This document shows positions 1 to 16,734 of a DNA stretch of 64,000 bases, piece by piece; within the stretch, counting starts at the first letter, position 1, and the number at the start of each line of letters is the position of its first letter. Source of the stretch: the human T2T-CHM13v2.0 reference genome, Homo sapiens; the NCBI RefSeq assembly GCF_009914755.1, contig NC_060925.1, one strand, 5' to 3'. The position numbers were made by a program, and so were the translations under genes. A model generated the notes under the pieces. It ran no database searches, had not been told where the DNA came from, and was given only the letters and a program-made list of their open reading frames with translations.

Positions 1-296
1 CAAAGAACAACTAATAGAAAACAGTAATAAATATGGTAGATATCAATCCAATTATATTAATAATCACTTTAGACATCAATGGTTTAAATGCACCAATTAA
101 AAAAGAATGTCCAAATTGGTCAAAGTTGAACAAAACCCAACTATATGTTGTCTACAAGAAGCCCACTTTAAATATAAAGACACATGTAAATTAAAAGTAA
201 ATGGATGGAGAAGGATGTAACATGCTAACATTAATCAAAAGAAAGTGAGAGTAGCTAAATTAATTTCAGACAGCACATACTTCAGAGTAAGGGAAG

Positions 297-676
297 TGTA
301 TTAGTCTGTTCTCATGCTGCTATAAAGACATACCTGCGACTGGGTAATCTATAAAGAAAAGAGATTTAATTGATTCACCATTCTACATGGCTGGGGAGGC
401 TTCAGGATACTTACAATTATGGCAGAAGGTAAAGGGGAAGCAAGGCACATCTTACATGGCTGGAGAAGGAAGAGAGAGTGAGGCAGGAGGTGCTAAACAC
501 TTTCGAACAACTGGATCTTGTGAGAACTCTATCACCAGACAGCACTAGGGGCATGGAGCTAAACCATTAGAAACCACCCCCATGATCCAATCACCTTCCA
601 CCAGGCCCCACCTTCAACACTCGGGATCACAATTCAACATGAGATTTGGGTGGGGACAGAGAGTCAAATCATATCA
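297..676 (-). mobile_element. MaLR solo LTR (MST-type)
   Basis: tgtattagtc...catatca termini with near-identical 5-bp flanks ggaag/ggaac. Confidence 0.85.
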
Positions 677-1107
677 GGAACTTATCCAGGATAAAGAGGA
701 ACATTATTTAATGATTAAAAAGGTCAATTCTCCAAGAAGAAAAAACAATCTTTAATATGTATGTGCCTAAAAAAAGAATGTCAAAATATGTGAGGCAAAA
801 ATTGATACAACTGCAAGGAGGAGTAGGTGAAATTCACTGTTATCATTGCAGATTTTAATACCCCTCTATCAGCAGTGGACAGGTCCAGCAGGCAGAAAAT
901 CAGTGAGGACATAGTTGAACTCCACACCACCATAAACCAGCCAGATATAGTGGATATCTATAGACTACTTCACCCAACAACAGCAGATTACACATTCTTC
1001 TCAAGCTCTCATGGAATGTTAATCAAGAGAGACCACATTCTGGGCCATAAAACACAAATTAACAAACATGAAAGAATAGAAATCATGCAATGTATGCTCT
1101 CAGACCC

Positions 1108-1558
1108 TGATATGGTTTGGCTCTGTGTCCCCACCCAAATCTCATGTTGACTTGTGATCCCAAGTGTTGGAGGAGGGGCCTTGTGGGAGGTGATTGGATC
1201 ATCGGGGTAGTTTCTGATGGTTTAGCACCATACCCCTAGTGCTGTCTCATGATAGAGTTCTCACAAGATCTGGTTGTTTGAAAGTGTATAACATTTCCCC
1301 CTGTGCTCTCTCTCTCTCTCTCTCTCACTCTTGCTCTCTCCCTCCCTCCCTCCTTCTTTCTCTCTCTCTCCCCCACTCACTGTGGTAAGACATGTCTTGC
1401 TTCCCCTTCACCTTCCGCCGTGATTGTAAGTTTCCTGAGGCCTCCCAGCCATACTTCCTGTATAGCTTGTGGAACTGCAAGTCAATTAAATCTCATTTCT
1501 TCATAAATTACCCAGTCTCAGGTATTTCCTTATAGTTGTGTGAGAACGGACTAATACA
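1108..1558 (+). mobile_element. MaLR solo LTR (MST-type) with internal CT-rich tract
   Basis: TGATATGGTTTGGCTCTGTGTCCCCACCC...GGACTAATACA; perfect 5-bp TSD gaccc. Confidence 0.9.
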
Positions 1559-1795
1559 GACCCTAATGGAATTAAACTAGAAATCAGTAACAGAAAGATA
1601 GCTGGAAAACTCCCAAATACTTGGAGATTAAACAACAGACTTGTAAACACAAAAGTCAAAGAAGAAATCGCAAGAGAAATTTCAAAATATTTTGAACTAA
1701 ATGAAAGTGAAGATACAACTTATCAAAATTTGTTGGAAAGTGGTTCTTTGAAGGACATTTATAGCATTGAATGCATATATTAGAAGAGAAGAAAG

Positions 1796-2636
1796 ACGGG
1801 AAGCATTGGTGAGTGTCTGAAGGGAGAAAAACCCCTGAAGGCAGCTTGAAACAAAGAGAGGGGATTGGGACTAACAACCCCAGCCCACAAAATCGTGCTA
1901 TTTATCTCAGCCAAAGGAGATGCAAAACCAGAGTGGCTGTTCTGCACCACCATGCTGTATGAGGCAGAGTCCATGAGTCTTCTGGGCATGAACCCCTAGC
2001 TAACCTTCCCACATAGCCAGGGCATCCCATTTTGGGACACCCCTAACCACAATCCAGGATGGGCAGCACTGCAAATGTTTTGGAGAACTGAGGCAAACCT
2101 TGGCTTAAGGCACCCATCTAGTCCTGAAAAGGAGGCAGTGACCTAGAGTAAAGGGGATTCAACAGGTGAACTGCAAAGAACCTGTAAGCAAACACACCCT
2201 AGAAAGACAAAAAGAAGCCAGCCAGCAAAGACTGGAATAAATAACTAATCCTTCAATGTGAAGACAAAGATGTAAGCCCAAAGGAACAACAGCAAACAGG
2301 AAACCATGACTTCCCCAAACAGACAAAGCAAGGAGACCGTGACCAGCCCTAACAAGATGGCGATGTGTGAGGTTTTGGATCAAGAATTCAAAATGGCAGT
2401 TTTAAGGAAATTCAGTGAATTCCAAGATAACACAGAAAAGAAATTCAGAAATTCATCAGATAAATTCAACAAATATATTGAAAATTTTTTAAATCAAACA
2501 GAAATCCTAGAACTGTGAGAAATGCATTTGCTGAACTGAAAAATGGACTAAAGGCTCTTGACAGCAGAATGGATAAAGTAGAAGAATCAGTGAGCTCAAG
2601 ACAGGGTATTTGAAAATATACAGAGGAGGAAAAAAA
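1796..2636 (+). mobile_element. L1 5'UTR plus ORF1 N-terminal fragment nested inside the host L1 ORF2
   Basis: ORF 2306..2518 (MTSPNRQSK...DQEFKMAVLRKFSEFQDNTEKKF) resembles the L1M ORF1p N-terminus; 1800-2160 is homologous to 47000-47310. Confidence 0.75.
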
Positions 2637-3544
2637 TATCTAAAATCAATTATCTAAGCTTTGGCCTTAGAAAATTACAAAAAGAAGAGCAAATTAAATC
2701 CAAAGTAAGCTGAAAAAAAAAGAAATAATAAAAATTACAGGAGAAATCAATGAAATTATCTAACATGGTGGTGTTTGTGTAAAAAAAAAATTTTGAAGAA
2801 ATCAATGAAATTTAAATGGGTATTCAATAGAATAACAAAACTAAAAACTGGCTCTTTGAAAAGATTAATAAAATTGATAGGCCTCTAGCCAGGCTAACAA
2901 AAAAAAAGAGGGAGAGAGGACATAAGTTACAAATTACAAATAACAGAAATGAAAAGAGGGAACATTACTACAGATGCCACGAACATTAGAGCAATCATCA
3001 ATAAATATTATGAACAACTTTATGCCCACAAATGTGATAACCTAAATAAAATGGACCAATTCCTTGATATAGTCTGCCAAAATTCACACAAGAAGAAATA
3101 GACAATTGAATAGAACTATATCTATTAAAGAAATTGAATCCACATACTAACCTTCTAAAACAGAAAGCACCAGGCCCAGATGGTTTCACTGGTGATTTCT
3201 ACCAAACATTTAAGAATAGATTATATCAATTCTCTGTAGTCTCTTTAGGAGATGGAAGCAGAGGGAATACTCCCTAATTAATTCTATGAGGCTGGAATTC
3301 CCTTCATACCAAAACCAAAGACATTATAAGAAAAGTACAGACCAGTATCTCTCACGTAGATATAAAAATCCTCAGCAAAATATTAGCAAACCATATCCAA
3401 CAATGTATACAAAGAATTATGCACCATGATCAAGTGATTTATCTCAGGTATGCAAAACTGGTTCAACATTTGAAAATAAATTATGTAACTCATCGCATCA
3501 ACAAGCTAAAAAGGAAAATCACATGATTCTATCTATTGATGCTA

Positions 3545-3942
3545 TCTTAGTCTGTTTATGCTGCTATAACAAAATACCTTAGGCTGGGTAATTTATAAAC
3601 AACAGAAATTTATTTCTTCCAGTCCTAGAGGTTGGGAAGTCTAAGATCAGGATGCCAGCAGTATTGGTGTCTGATGATGTCTGCTGTCTGCTTCCAATGG
3701 CACTTTGTTGCTGCACCCTCTGGAGGGGAGGAACTCTTTGTCTTCACATAGTGGAAAGGATAAAAGGGTAAGAGGATGCTCCCTTCAACTGGGAGCCCTT
3801 TTATAAGGATGCTAATTCCATTCATGAGGACAGAGCCCTCATGACTTAATCACCTCCCAAAGGCTATACCTCTTAATATTGGTGCATTGGGAGTTATGTT
3901 TCAATAGGAATTTTGGAGGGAACACCATCATTCAAACCATGG
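3545..3942 (-). mobile_element. MaLR solo LTR (MSTC/D or MLT1A-like)
   Basis: tcttagtctgtttatgctgctataacaaaatacc...cattcaaaccatggca, typical reverse-strand MaLR LTR. Confidence 0.75.
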
Positions 3943-4434
3943 CAAATGCGTAAAAAGGATTTGACAAAATCCAACATCCATTCACTATAAATGCTGTCAG
4001 TAAACTGGAAATATGGGAAACTTCCACATCATGTGTCATCAGGGAAATACAAATTAAAACAACAATGAGATACTACTACATACCTATTAGAATGAACCAA
4101 AATCCAGAGCACTGACAACACCAAATGCTGGCAAGCATATGAAGCAATATCTTTGCATTCATTTATTGCTGGTGGGAATGCAGAATGGCGCTGTCACTTT
4201 GGAAGACAGTTTGCTGGTTTTCACAAAACTAAATGTACTCTTACCATATGATCCAGAAACCATGCTCCTTGGTATTTACCCAAAGGAGTTGAAAAAGTTA
4301 TGCCTACCCAAAACCCTGCATACAGATGTTTATAGCATCTTTATTCATAACTGCCAAAACTTGGAAGCAAGAAAAATGTCTTTCTTTGGACACCACTAAA
4401 AACTTGTAGCCCTCACTTAATAAGTGGTTTGAAG

Positions 4435-4730
4435 GGACACGCATAGTGGCTCACACCTGTAATTCTAGGACTTTAGAAGGCTGAGGTGGGAGGATTGCTT
4501 GAGGCCAGAAGTTTGAGACCAACCTGAGCAACATAGTAAGACCCTGTCTCTCCAATTTTTTTTTAATTAGCTGGGTGGTACATGCCTGTAGTCCTAGCTA
4601 CTTGGGAGGCTGAGGTGGGAGGATCACTTGAGCCTAGGAATTTGAGGCTGCACTGAGCTGTGACTGCACCACTGCACCCCACCCCAGCATGGGCAACAAG
4701 AGCAAGACCCACGCTCTAAAAAATAATAAT
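4435..4730 (+). mobile_element. AluJ-type element
   Basis: Dimeric Alu with J-type GGAGGATTGCTTGAGGCC / GAGGCTGCA features. Confidence 0.9.
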
Positions 4731-6056
4731 GCCAGCAAAGAATGGTTTGTTAATTTTAGAAAGGCATTTGAGAGTGAGATTCTGTCTTTTAAAAAATTAA
4801 ATGAGTTGAAGGAACAAATGTGGTATATGTTGATTCCAGAATCTAAAGAGGCAACTCCAAGCACTTGGCCTTTTCTTCCATCAATAGCCCTCACTCCTCA
4901 GGTTGAAAGCCAGTATGGAGAGTCTGCTATCCCAGATTATCTATTCTGACTATACATTCAAGAATTAGGGAAATAACCACTGAGGAGATTCAGAAACATA
5001 CATGTAGCCATTGAATCACTGCGGACGTGTCCTAAGATACACTGTGATTTTAAACTCCATTTTTCACCTCATTTCCTTAAGGTCCACACCTCGAATTGTG
5101 AAATTCAATGGTGTTTTGGGTTCCAAGCTATTAGTGTTGACTCAGAATCACTGTACTGCTGTTCGCCAAAAGTCTATATAATTCCCTTTCTCCAATGCCC
5201 AGTCCCCTTGATAAGAGGCTACAGGTCCTCTTAGGGGAATGTTTGGAAGAAGATCACATACTTGTGTCAGTATCACAGGGTTTTTCCTGAAGAAAACCTG
5301 GCATGCTCATCATTCAAAGGACTCTGGATCTGTGAGCTGACCCAGGCCTAGGGATTGAACAAGAAGAGGCCATTACTTTCCATTCTTGTCATTTAAATTG
5401 GGCCTTTGTTCACCAGACCTAAGGGGTTCTATTTATTTATTTACTTACTTCTTTGTTTGAAAATACATTTCAGGTAAGACTTTAATTGGCTGCCTGTATA
5501 TTTTAGTCCTACAGTCATTGTCATCAACTAACTATGACAAGATAGCTATAGGTCAAACCCTTTGATTGTATCTCTGGCCCAATTTCCTACTAACATTAAT
5601 AATACTTACCTTGTATCTGAAAGTTAAGCACTGCCGCTTGACCTCTGACACTGTGTAGTACCATCATCCCCATTAAAATCAGGGAGCCATTTCAGTGTTG
5701 GCACCTCCACCATTATCCTCAATAGGTTAGCATTATATAGCATTTCAAGTAATTTGGTGCTTTTTCACCAGTGTTATTTGGTAAAGCCTTGGTGAGGGGA
5801 GTATCTTTTGGATTCCCATGGTTATGAAGAGTAACTATAAACCCACCCCAAATTTCCTATCTGCTTAAACCTTTGGATGCCTTTTTCTCCCTTATGCCAA
5901 AGAAGTTTGGCACCTTAATATCATTTAATATAAGTCACTTGTGTGTCCAAGTTTCAGTCAATCAAAAGAGCAAACAAAGTCATTATTTTTTTTCAGACAG
6001 GGTCTCACTCTGTCGCCCAGGCTGGAGTGCAGTAGTGCCATCATGGCTCACTGTAG

Positions 6057-6308
<252 letters not shown>

Positions 6309-6772
6309 TAACACATTAAATCCTGAATGTCCAATAAGTGTATTCATATTAATAAATTCAGCCTATTTAACATTACACTTGACTGTGAACAACATGGGTT
6401 TGAACTGTGTTGGTCCACTTGTATGCAGATTCTTTTGGAAAATTTTCTGGAGATTTGCCAGAATTTAAAAAAACTTGCAGATGAGCCACATAGCTTAGAA
6501 ACATTGAAAAAGTTAGGCACGTTGTGAAAGCGTATATGTAGATACTATTTTATCTTTACTCCATAAAGTATACCTAACTCTATTATAAAGTTAACATTTA
6601 TGAAAACACACACACAAACACTTACAGACCATACATAGCGTCATTTGCAGTTGAGAGAAAGGTAAACAAATGTAAAGATGCAGTATTAAATCATAACTGC
6701 ATAAAATTAACTATAGTACACACTGTACTGCTGTAATAATTTCATAGCCACTGCATTTTGGTATTGCAGTAA

Positions 6773-7132
<360 letters not shown>

Positions 7133-8484
7133 TAAAAAGAAATCTCTCGTGGGTCTCAAGTATTTTTCACTGTGTTTAGTGCAATACCATAAACCTTAAA
7201 TTACAGCATGGGACTCATACAAAGTAGCCACTAGTGACGTCGGAAATGCTGCCAAGAAACAAAGAAAAATTATGACATTACAATAAAAAGCTGAATTGCT
7301 TCATAGGTACCATAGATGAAGTCTGCAACTGTGGTTTCTCAACATTTCAAGATAAATGAATCCACCATGAGGACCGTTATAAAAAAAGAAAAGCAAATTC
7401 ATGAAGCTGTTGCTGCAGCTGTGCTAGCAGGCGTAAAAACCATGCACTTTTTGTGAAATACCTTTTTATCCATATTGAAAATGCAGCTTTTATGTTGGTG
7501 CAGGATTACTATAAGAAGGGCATATCTATAGATTCTAATATGACTCAAGAAAAAGAGAAGTCATTATATGACAATTTAAACCAAAAGGAAAGTGAAGAAT
7601 TTAAAGTTGGAGAATTTAAAGCTAGCAAAGTAGCAGCTACTAGGGAAGCCGAGGTGGAAGGATCACTTGAGACCAGGAGTTTGAGGCTACAGTGAGTTAT
7701 GATTGCACCTTTGTACTCTGGCCTGGGCAACAGAGAAAGACCCAATCTCTAAAAAATAATAATGCCAGCAAAAGATGGTTTGTTAATTTTAGGAAGAGGT
7801 TTAGCTTTAAAAAGGGTGGTTTGTTAATTTTAGGAAGAGGTTTAGCTTTAAAAATGTCAAGAAAACAGGAGATGCAGTTTCTGCTGACAGAGACAGCAGG
7901 TGAGTTCCCAGATGCCGTTAAGAAGATAATTGTGACCAGGCACAGTGGCTCACTCCTGTAATCCCAACATTTTGGAAGGCTGAGGCAGGAGGATCACTTG
8001 AGGCCAGGAGTTCGAGATCAGCCTGGGCAACATAGCAAGAACTTGTCTCTATAAAAAAAAAAAAAAAAAAGAAAGGAAGGAAGAAAATCATTGAGGAAAT
8101 AGGATATCTGCTGAACAGTTTTTGAATGTGGGTGAAAGTGCCCTGTTCTGGGAAAAAAAAAAATCACAAAGGACATGTATTAGTAAGGAAAATCAGTGAA
8201 CACGGATTTAAAGCAGAAAGGGATATCTATGAAGCTTCTAATCCCCAAGCCTTGAAGGGAAAAGGTAAACACCAGCTGTCAGTCATTTCATTGTATAAAA
8301 AGAAGGTCTGCACAACAGGAACTCTTTTTTTAGATTGATTCCATCTATGCTTTCTGCCTGAAGTCAAGAAGTACCTTGGTAACAAGGGACTGCCTTTTAA
8401 GGTTCTTTTGATGTTGGACAAATGCCCCTGGCCACCCAGAACCACATGAGTTCAACACCAAAGATGTTGAAGTGGTCTACTTGC

Positions 8485-8714
8485 CCCCAAACACCATGTC
8501 TGTAATCCAGCCTCTAGACCAGGGATCATACGGCCCTTTAAGGCTCATTACCATGTCTGTAATTCAGCCCCAAACACCATGTCTGTAATTCAGCCTCTAG
8601 ACCAGGGGTCATAAGGCCCTTTAAGGCTCATTACCATGTCTGTAATTCAGCCCCAAACACCATGTCTGTAATTCAGCCTCTATATCAGGGGTCATAAGGC
8701 CCTTTAAGGCTCAT
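8485..8714 (+). repeat. 83-bp tandem repeat, about 2.8 copies
   Basis: ccccaaacaccatgtctgtaat starts at 8485, 8568 and 8651. Confidence 0.95.
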
Positions 8715-8916
8715 CACACACGGTACTCTATGGAAAGGATTGTCAACTATGGAAGAGAACCCCGATAGAGAGAGAAGTCTGGAAGGATTGCACTGTTGAA
8801 GATGCCATCATTGTTTTTGTTTGTTTTGATTTTTGTCATTTTTAGTTTATGTGGCAAGTGACAGGCACGGACATGCCATCATTGTTATAGAAAAAGCTGT
8901 GAAAGCCATCAAGTCT

Positions 8917-9257
<341 letters not shown>

Positions 9258-10857
9258 TCAAGAGCAAATAGACACCACATCCAGAGGAGGAATTACCATA
9301 AGACAACTTGATGGAGATTAGCACTTTCAAACCAGTGCCACATGATGAGGAAGAAAACAGAAAAAGCAGTACTAGAAAACAAATTGACCTTAGACAATCT
9401 GGCAGAAGGATTCCAAATATTCAAGACTGCTTTTGACAGATTTTACAATATGGACATTTCTATGTGATACAGGCACTGAAACTAACACAAACAATGAAAG
9501 AAGGATTTGTACTGTATAGAAATATTTTTAGGGAAATGAAAAAGCAAAAAAGTCAAATTACAGTGTATTTCTGTAAAGTTATACTGAGTGTCCCTGCCTT
9601 TCCTGCCTTCCCTTCCACCTTCTCCACCTCTTCCAGCTCTGCCACCCCTGAGATAACAAGACCAATTTCTCCTCTTCTCCTCCTCCTCAACCTACTCAAC
9701 ATGAAGACAATGAGGATGAAAAATTTTGTGATGATCCACTTCTACTTAATGAATAGTAAATATATTTTCTCTACCTTATCGTTTTCTTAATAAAATTTTA
9801 TTTTCTCTAGTTTACTTTATTGCAAGAGTACAATACATGATACACATACAAAATATGTGTTAACTGCTTATGTTGTTGATAAGGCCTCTAGTTAACAGTA
9901 GGCTATTAGTAATTTGGTGGGGAGTCAAAAAAATCATAATGCAGATTTTCAACTGTGTGGGGGGTCAGTGCCCCTAACTCTCATGTTGTTCAGGGGTTAG
10001 GGGCACTGATTAGTGTAACTCCCTACAAATACATTCCTGAATATAGTCCTAGAGTTTTTGCCAATTTAAGTTGGCAAAATCTTGCCATTCTTTCAATATG
10101 GCAGTCCCAAAGTCAGTCCCTACACTTAACCCCAACTAACCATGGTGTGCTGGGATCCAACTGTAGTTACAGGATTGGAGACAATGAGAAGTGGTGGTGG
10201 TATAGAGGTGGGCCTCGAGGACTATAGGCATCCCCTTACAAGGTAAGTGCCTTGGGTGAAATCAATACAGAATCTTCAAACTTAATCTCCTTAGACAGGA
10301 GTGGAGGGAGTGCTTGTGATGGCAAGAGAGGCACTGTAATTCTCAGGTTTCCACGCATTCCCAAAGCCTGTTTCTCACATAAGAGACCTAGCAAGCCTGT
10401 GAAATCAATTAGTGCTGTAATTCTGCAGTCCACTTGATATTTGGGATTTGGTTTTTGGATATATCGGTCTTCTGACTACAAGAGAGAAATTATTTTAGGA
10501 CACTCATAGAAGATCTGTGGTTCTCAGACAATGCCTTGTTCCAGTAATTAAATCCCCAAGTTGGACATTTTCTTCTAAGCTCAGTAACATGATCAGATGT
10601 GGCTAGCCCACCTCACAATCCTTGTAGTCCTCAATTCCATTATAACATTTTTTATACCACTCATGTGGTCTTCCAAAGTACTTCATTACCAGCAACTATA
10701 AGTGATAATCAATTCTTTTGCCATAGATTGCTAGAACTAGTGACAAGACTATATCACCTTCAAAGCTAGCCAAGTCAGATAACCAATCCCAAATTCCTAA
10801 TTTTGAGTTTCTCATCACTGCAGTCACTTATAGAACCAAATATTTTATCAGAGTTAA

Positions 10858-11233
<376 letters not shown>

Positions 11234-11309
11234 TAATAAAGGGAATTAGATGCTTACAAAATTATTGGGAAGGCTGGGGAAGCAAAAGGCAAGGGGAAAT
11301 AGTTGCTGA

Positions 11310-11588
<279 letters not shown>

Positions 11589-12128
11589 TAAACAAAGACA
11601 AGTTCTCTTTGGAAGAAAACTATGTAGAGTAGTTATTTCTTGCTGAGCAGGCTCTAGGGCTAAATGGTGGGCTGCTCACTGAAGCAACCTTTCAAGAGGG
11701 CCATCATAAAATTCCTATGTTTCCAAAAGTGCTATCCACAGGGCTTTTCCTAGGGAAATATGGGGCCTAATTTCTTCTCAAGAGAGGGAAGGAGAAGGGA
11801 ATTACCATTCATTGAGCTTTGATGGTATTGAACTTGTTTTTCCCCAAATACACCCTTCTCACTTGCCTTCACACTTTTTTTCACCTCACATACTTTCCTC
11901 AGCCTGAACCACCCTCTCCTCATTTAAAGAGCTTTTTTATTTTTTATTTTAGAGAACTGACACAAAATATTACTAATATGTATATTATATAGATGTTATA
12001 TATAATGATATACCTATTACATATATGGTACTTATATATTCTCTCTTTCTATACATACATACATACATACATATATGTATATCAGGCAAATACCATTGTC
12101 CAAAGGTAAAATGACATTTGGTTTTTAG

Positions 12129-12275
<147 letters not shown>

Positions 12276-13510
12276 TGATCCTCCCACCTCAGTCTCCTGA
12301 GTAGATGGGACTGCAGTCATGTACAGGCTCACCCAGCTCACTTTTTAATTTTTTTATAGAGACAGGGGTCTCACTATGTTGCCTCAAGTGATCCTCCTTC
12401 CTTGGCCTCCCAAAATGCTGGGATTATAGGCAGGCATAAGCCACTGTGCCCAGTGCAATTTTTTTTTTGTAATTATTTATGGCACACCTCTCAGTGTAAA
12501 ATTTTTGAATGAAACAAAACTTATGCAGACATTCTCCCAAGTTCACTCCTAGTGTCTTGTCAATAAACATAATTTTATGGTTTTATTATAGCTTTCATAA
12601 AAGTTTTATACTGTCTTTCTCTTAATATCATATGATAAGCATTGTGCTTTGTTGCTATAGTCTTCAAATTTGCTATTTCCATAAAACTTAATATTTCATG
12701 AAGTTGATATGCCCTTGCACTAACAGCAGCAGTTAAACAGGGTACAACTGCTAACAGACAAACAGAACATACAATTACAGTGCTAACAAATGTATACCTT
12801 ATTTCAGGAATAGGATATCATATAGAAACAGCATTAGAGGAAGAATATGCATTAGAGCCCATGTGTGTTTCACAGCAAGGGGGCCAGAGAAGTCAGGCAG
12901 CAGCTGCAATGTTGTTCACTCTGTAAGGGTCGTGGCTGGATGCACTTCCTCCCTCAGATCAGGAACCACTCATGTGTGCATTGACCACCTCACAACCAGG
13001 GAGCCCAAAACCAAGTCTCAGCTGAGATTTTATTAAATACTTTTTATATTCTGTTGTTCACATAAGCATATTCCTGCCATGTAACCTGTTTCAAGAGCAG
13101 AGACTTCTTGGGGGTCTCAATGAGACCAGGTGCAAATCATCATTATCACTGTTATCAATAAACAATGCTGATAAACTGGTACAAACTGCCATGAAACTAC
13201 TTGGACCTGAGGTTATGATGCCACACTATTTTAATCGTTATATTTCCCTCTGTCGTATGCTTGACCAACAGTCAGTGCCAAACAGGCACTTTAGCAAAAC
13301 AGTTTAGGTTAATCCTAGACCTGCTGGAATTAACTCTCACAACATAATCCTAATTTGGTTAAGAATTACTCACTGGTCTGATGGTTGAATATTTTTATTC
13401 AAAACAGTGCTGAAAAAAATCATTTTAGTATTATATTTTTCATTTTTAAATTTATTTTTATAGAACTATAGATCTTAAAATGTATTGACAAACATTCCAA
13501 AGTATCCTAC

Positions 13511-14462
<952 letters not shown>

Positions 14463-14527
14463 CTACCAAATTTTTCTGCCTTCATTATATAAGAGTAGCA
14501 ATTTTACCACATCCTCGTTAGCATTGA

Positions 14528-14782
<255 letters not shown>

Positions 14783-15082
14783 TAGCCAGGATGGTCTCGA
14801 TCTCCTGACCTCGTGATCCACCCGCCTCGGCCTCCCAAAGTGCTGGGATTACAGGCGTGAGCCACCGCACCTGGCCAATATTCTTTAATTGAGATATAAT
14901 TTGCGTATAATAAATGCAAAGATTTTTAAATGTACAATTGGATAAGTTTTGACAAATGTTTGTGCCCATATTACCACCACCCCAATGAAGATACAGAACA
15001 GGGCCAGGCGCAGTGGCTTATGCCTGTAATCCCAGCACTTTGGGAGGCTGAGGCGGGCAAATTACGTGAGCTCAGGAGTTCA

Positions 15083-15322
<240 letters not shown>

Positions 15323-15447
15323 TTAAAAGTTCTCTATGACCTGTTTGCAGATGATCTGCACCTACTGCTTCTCCCATCTCCCTCCAAGTAGCTACTGTTC
15401 TGATTTCTGCCTGTCCTAGAATTTCTTCTAAATGGAATTATACTACA

Positions 15448-16310
<863 letters not shown>

Positions 16311-16389
16311 TACTCTTTTGTGTCTGACTTCTTTTGTTCAACATATTCTATTATTTTTAAGTGCACTTATAGACAGAAATTACTTGTGA

Positions 16390-16734
<345 letters not shown>

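Larger units (their letters stand above)
1..4390 (+). mobile_element. Degenerate old L1 (L1M-class) ORF2/3' remnant, interrupted by LTRs and another L1 fragment
   Basis: Endonuclease-like peptide in ORF 827..1150 (DFNTPLS, DIYRLLHP, DHILGHK); RT-proximal KAPGPDGF near 3165-3190; C-terminal LPYDP..LLGIYP in ORF 4139; many stops and frameshifts. Confidence 0.9.

Noticed and set aside
8485-8714. Repeat-spacer-like look of the 83-bp array (CRISPR-like)
   Set aside because: The intervening sequences are themselves repeated, there are no unique spacers or cas genes, and the DNA is primate
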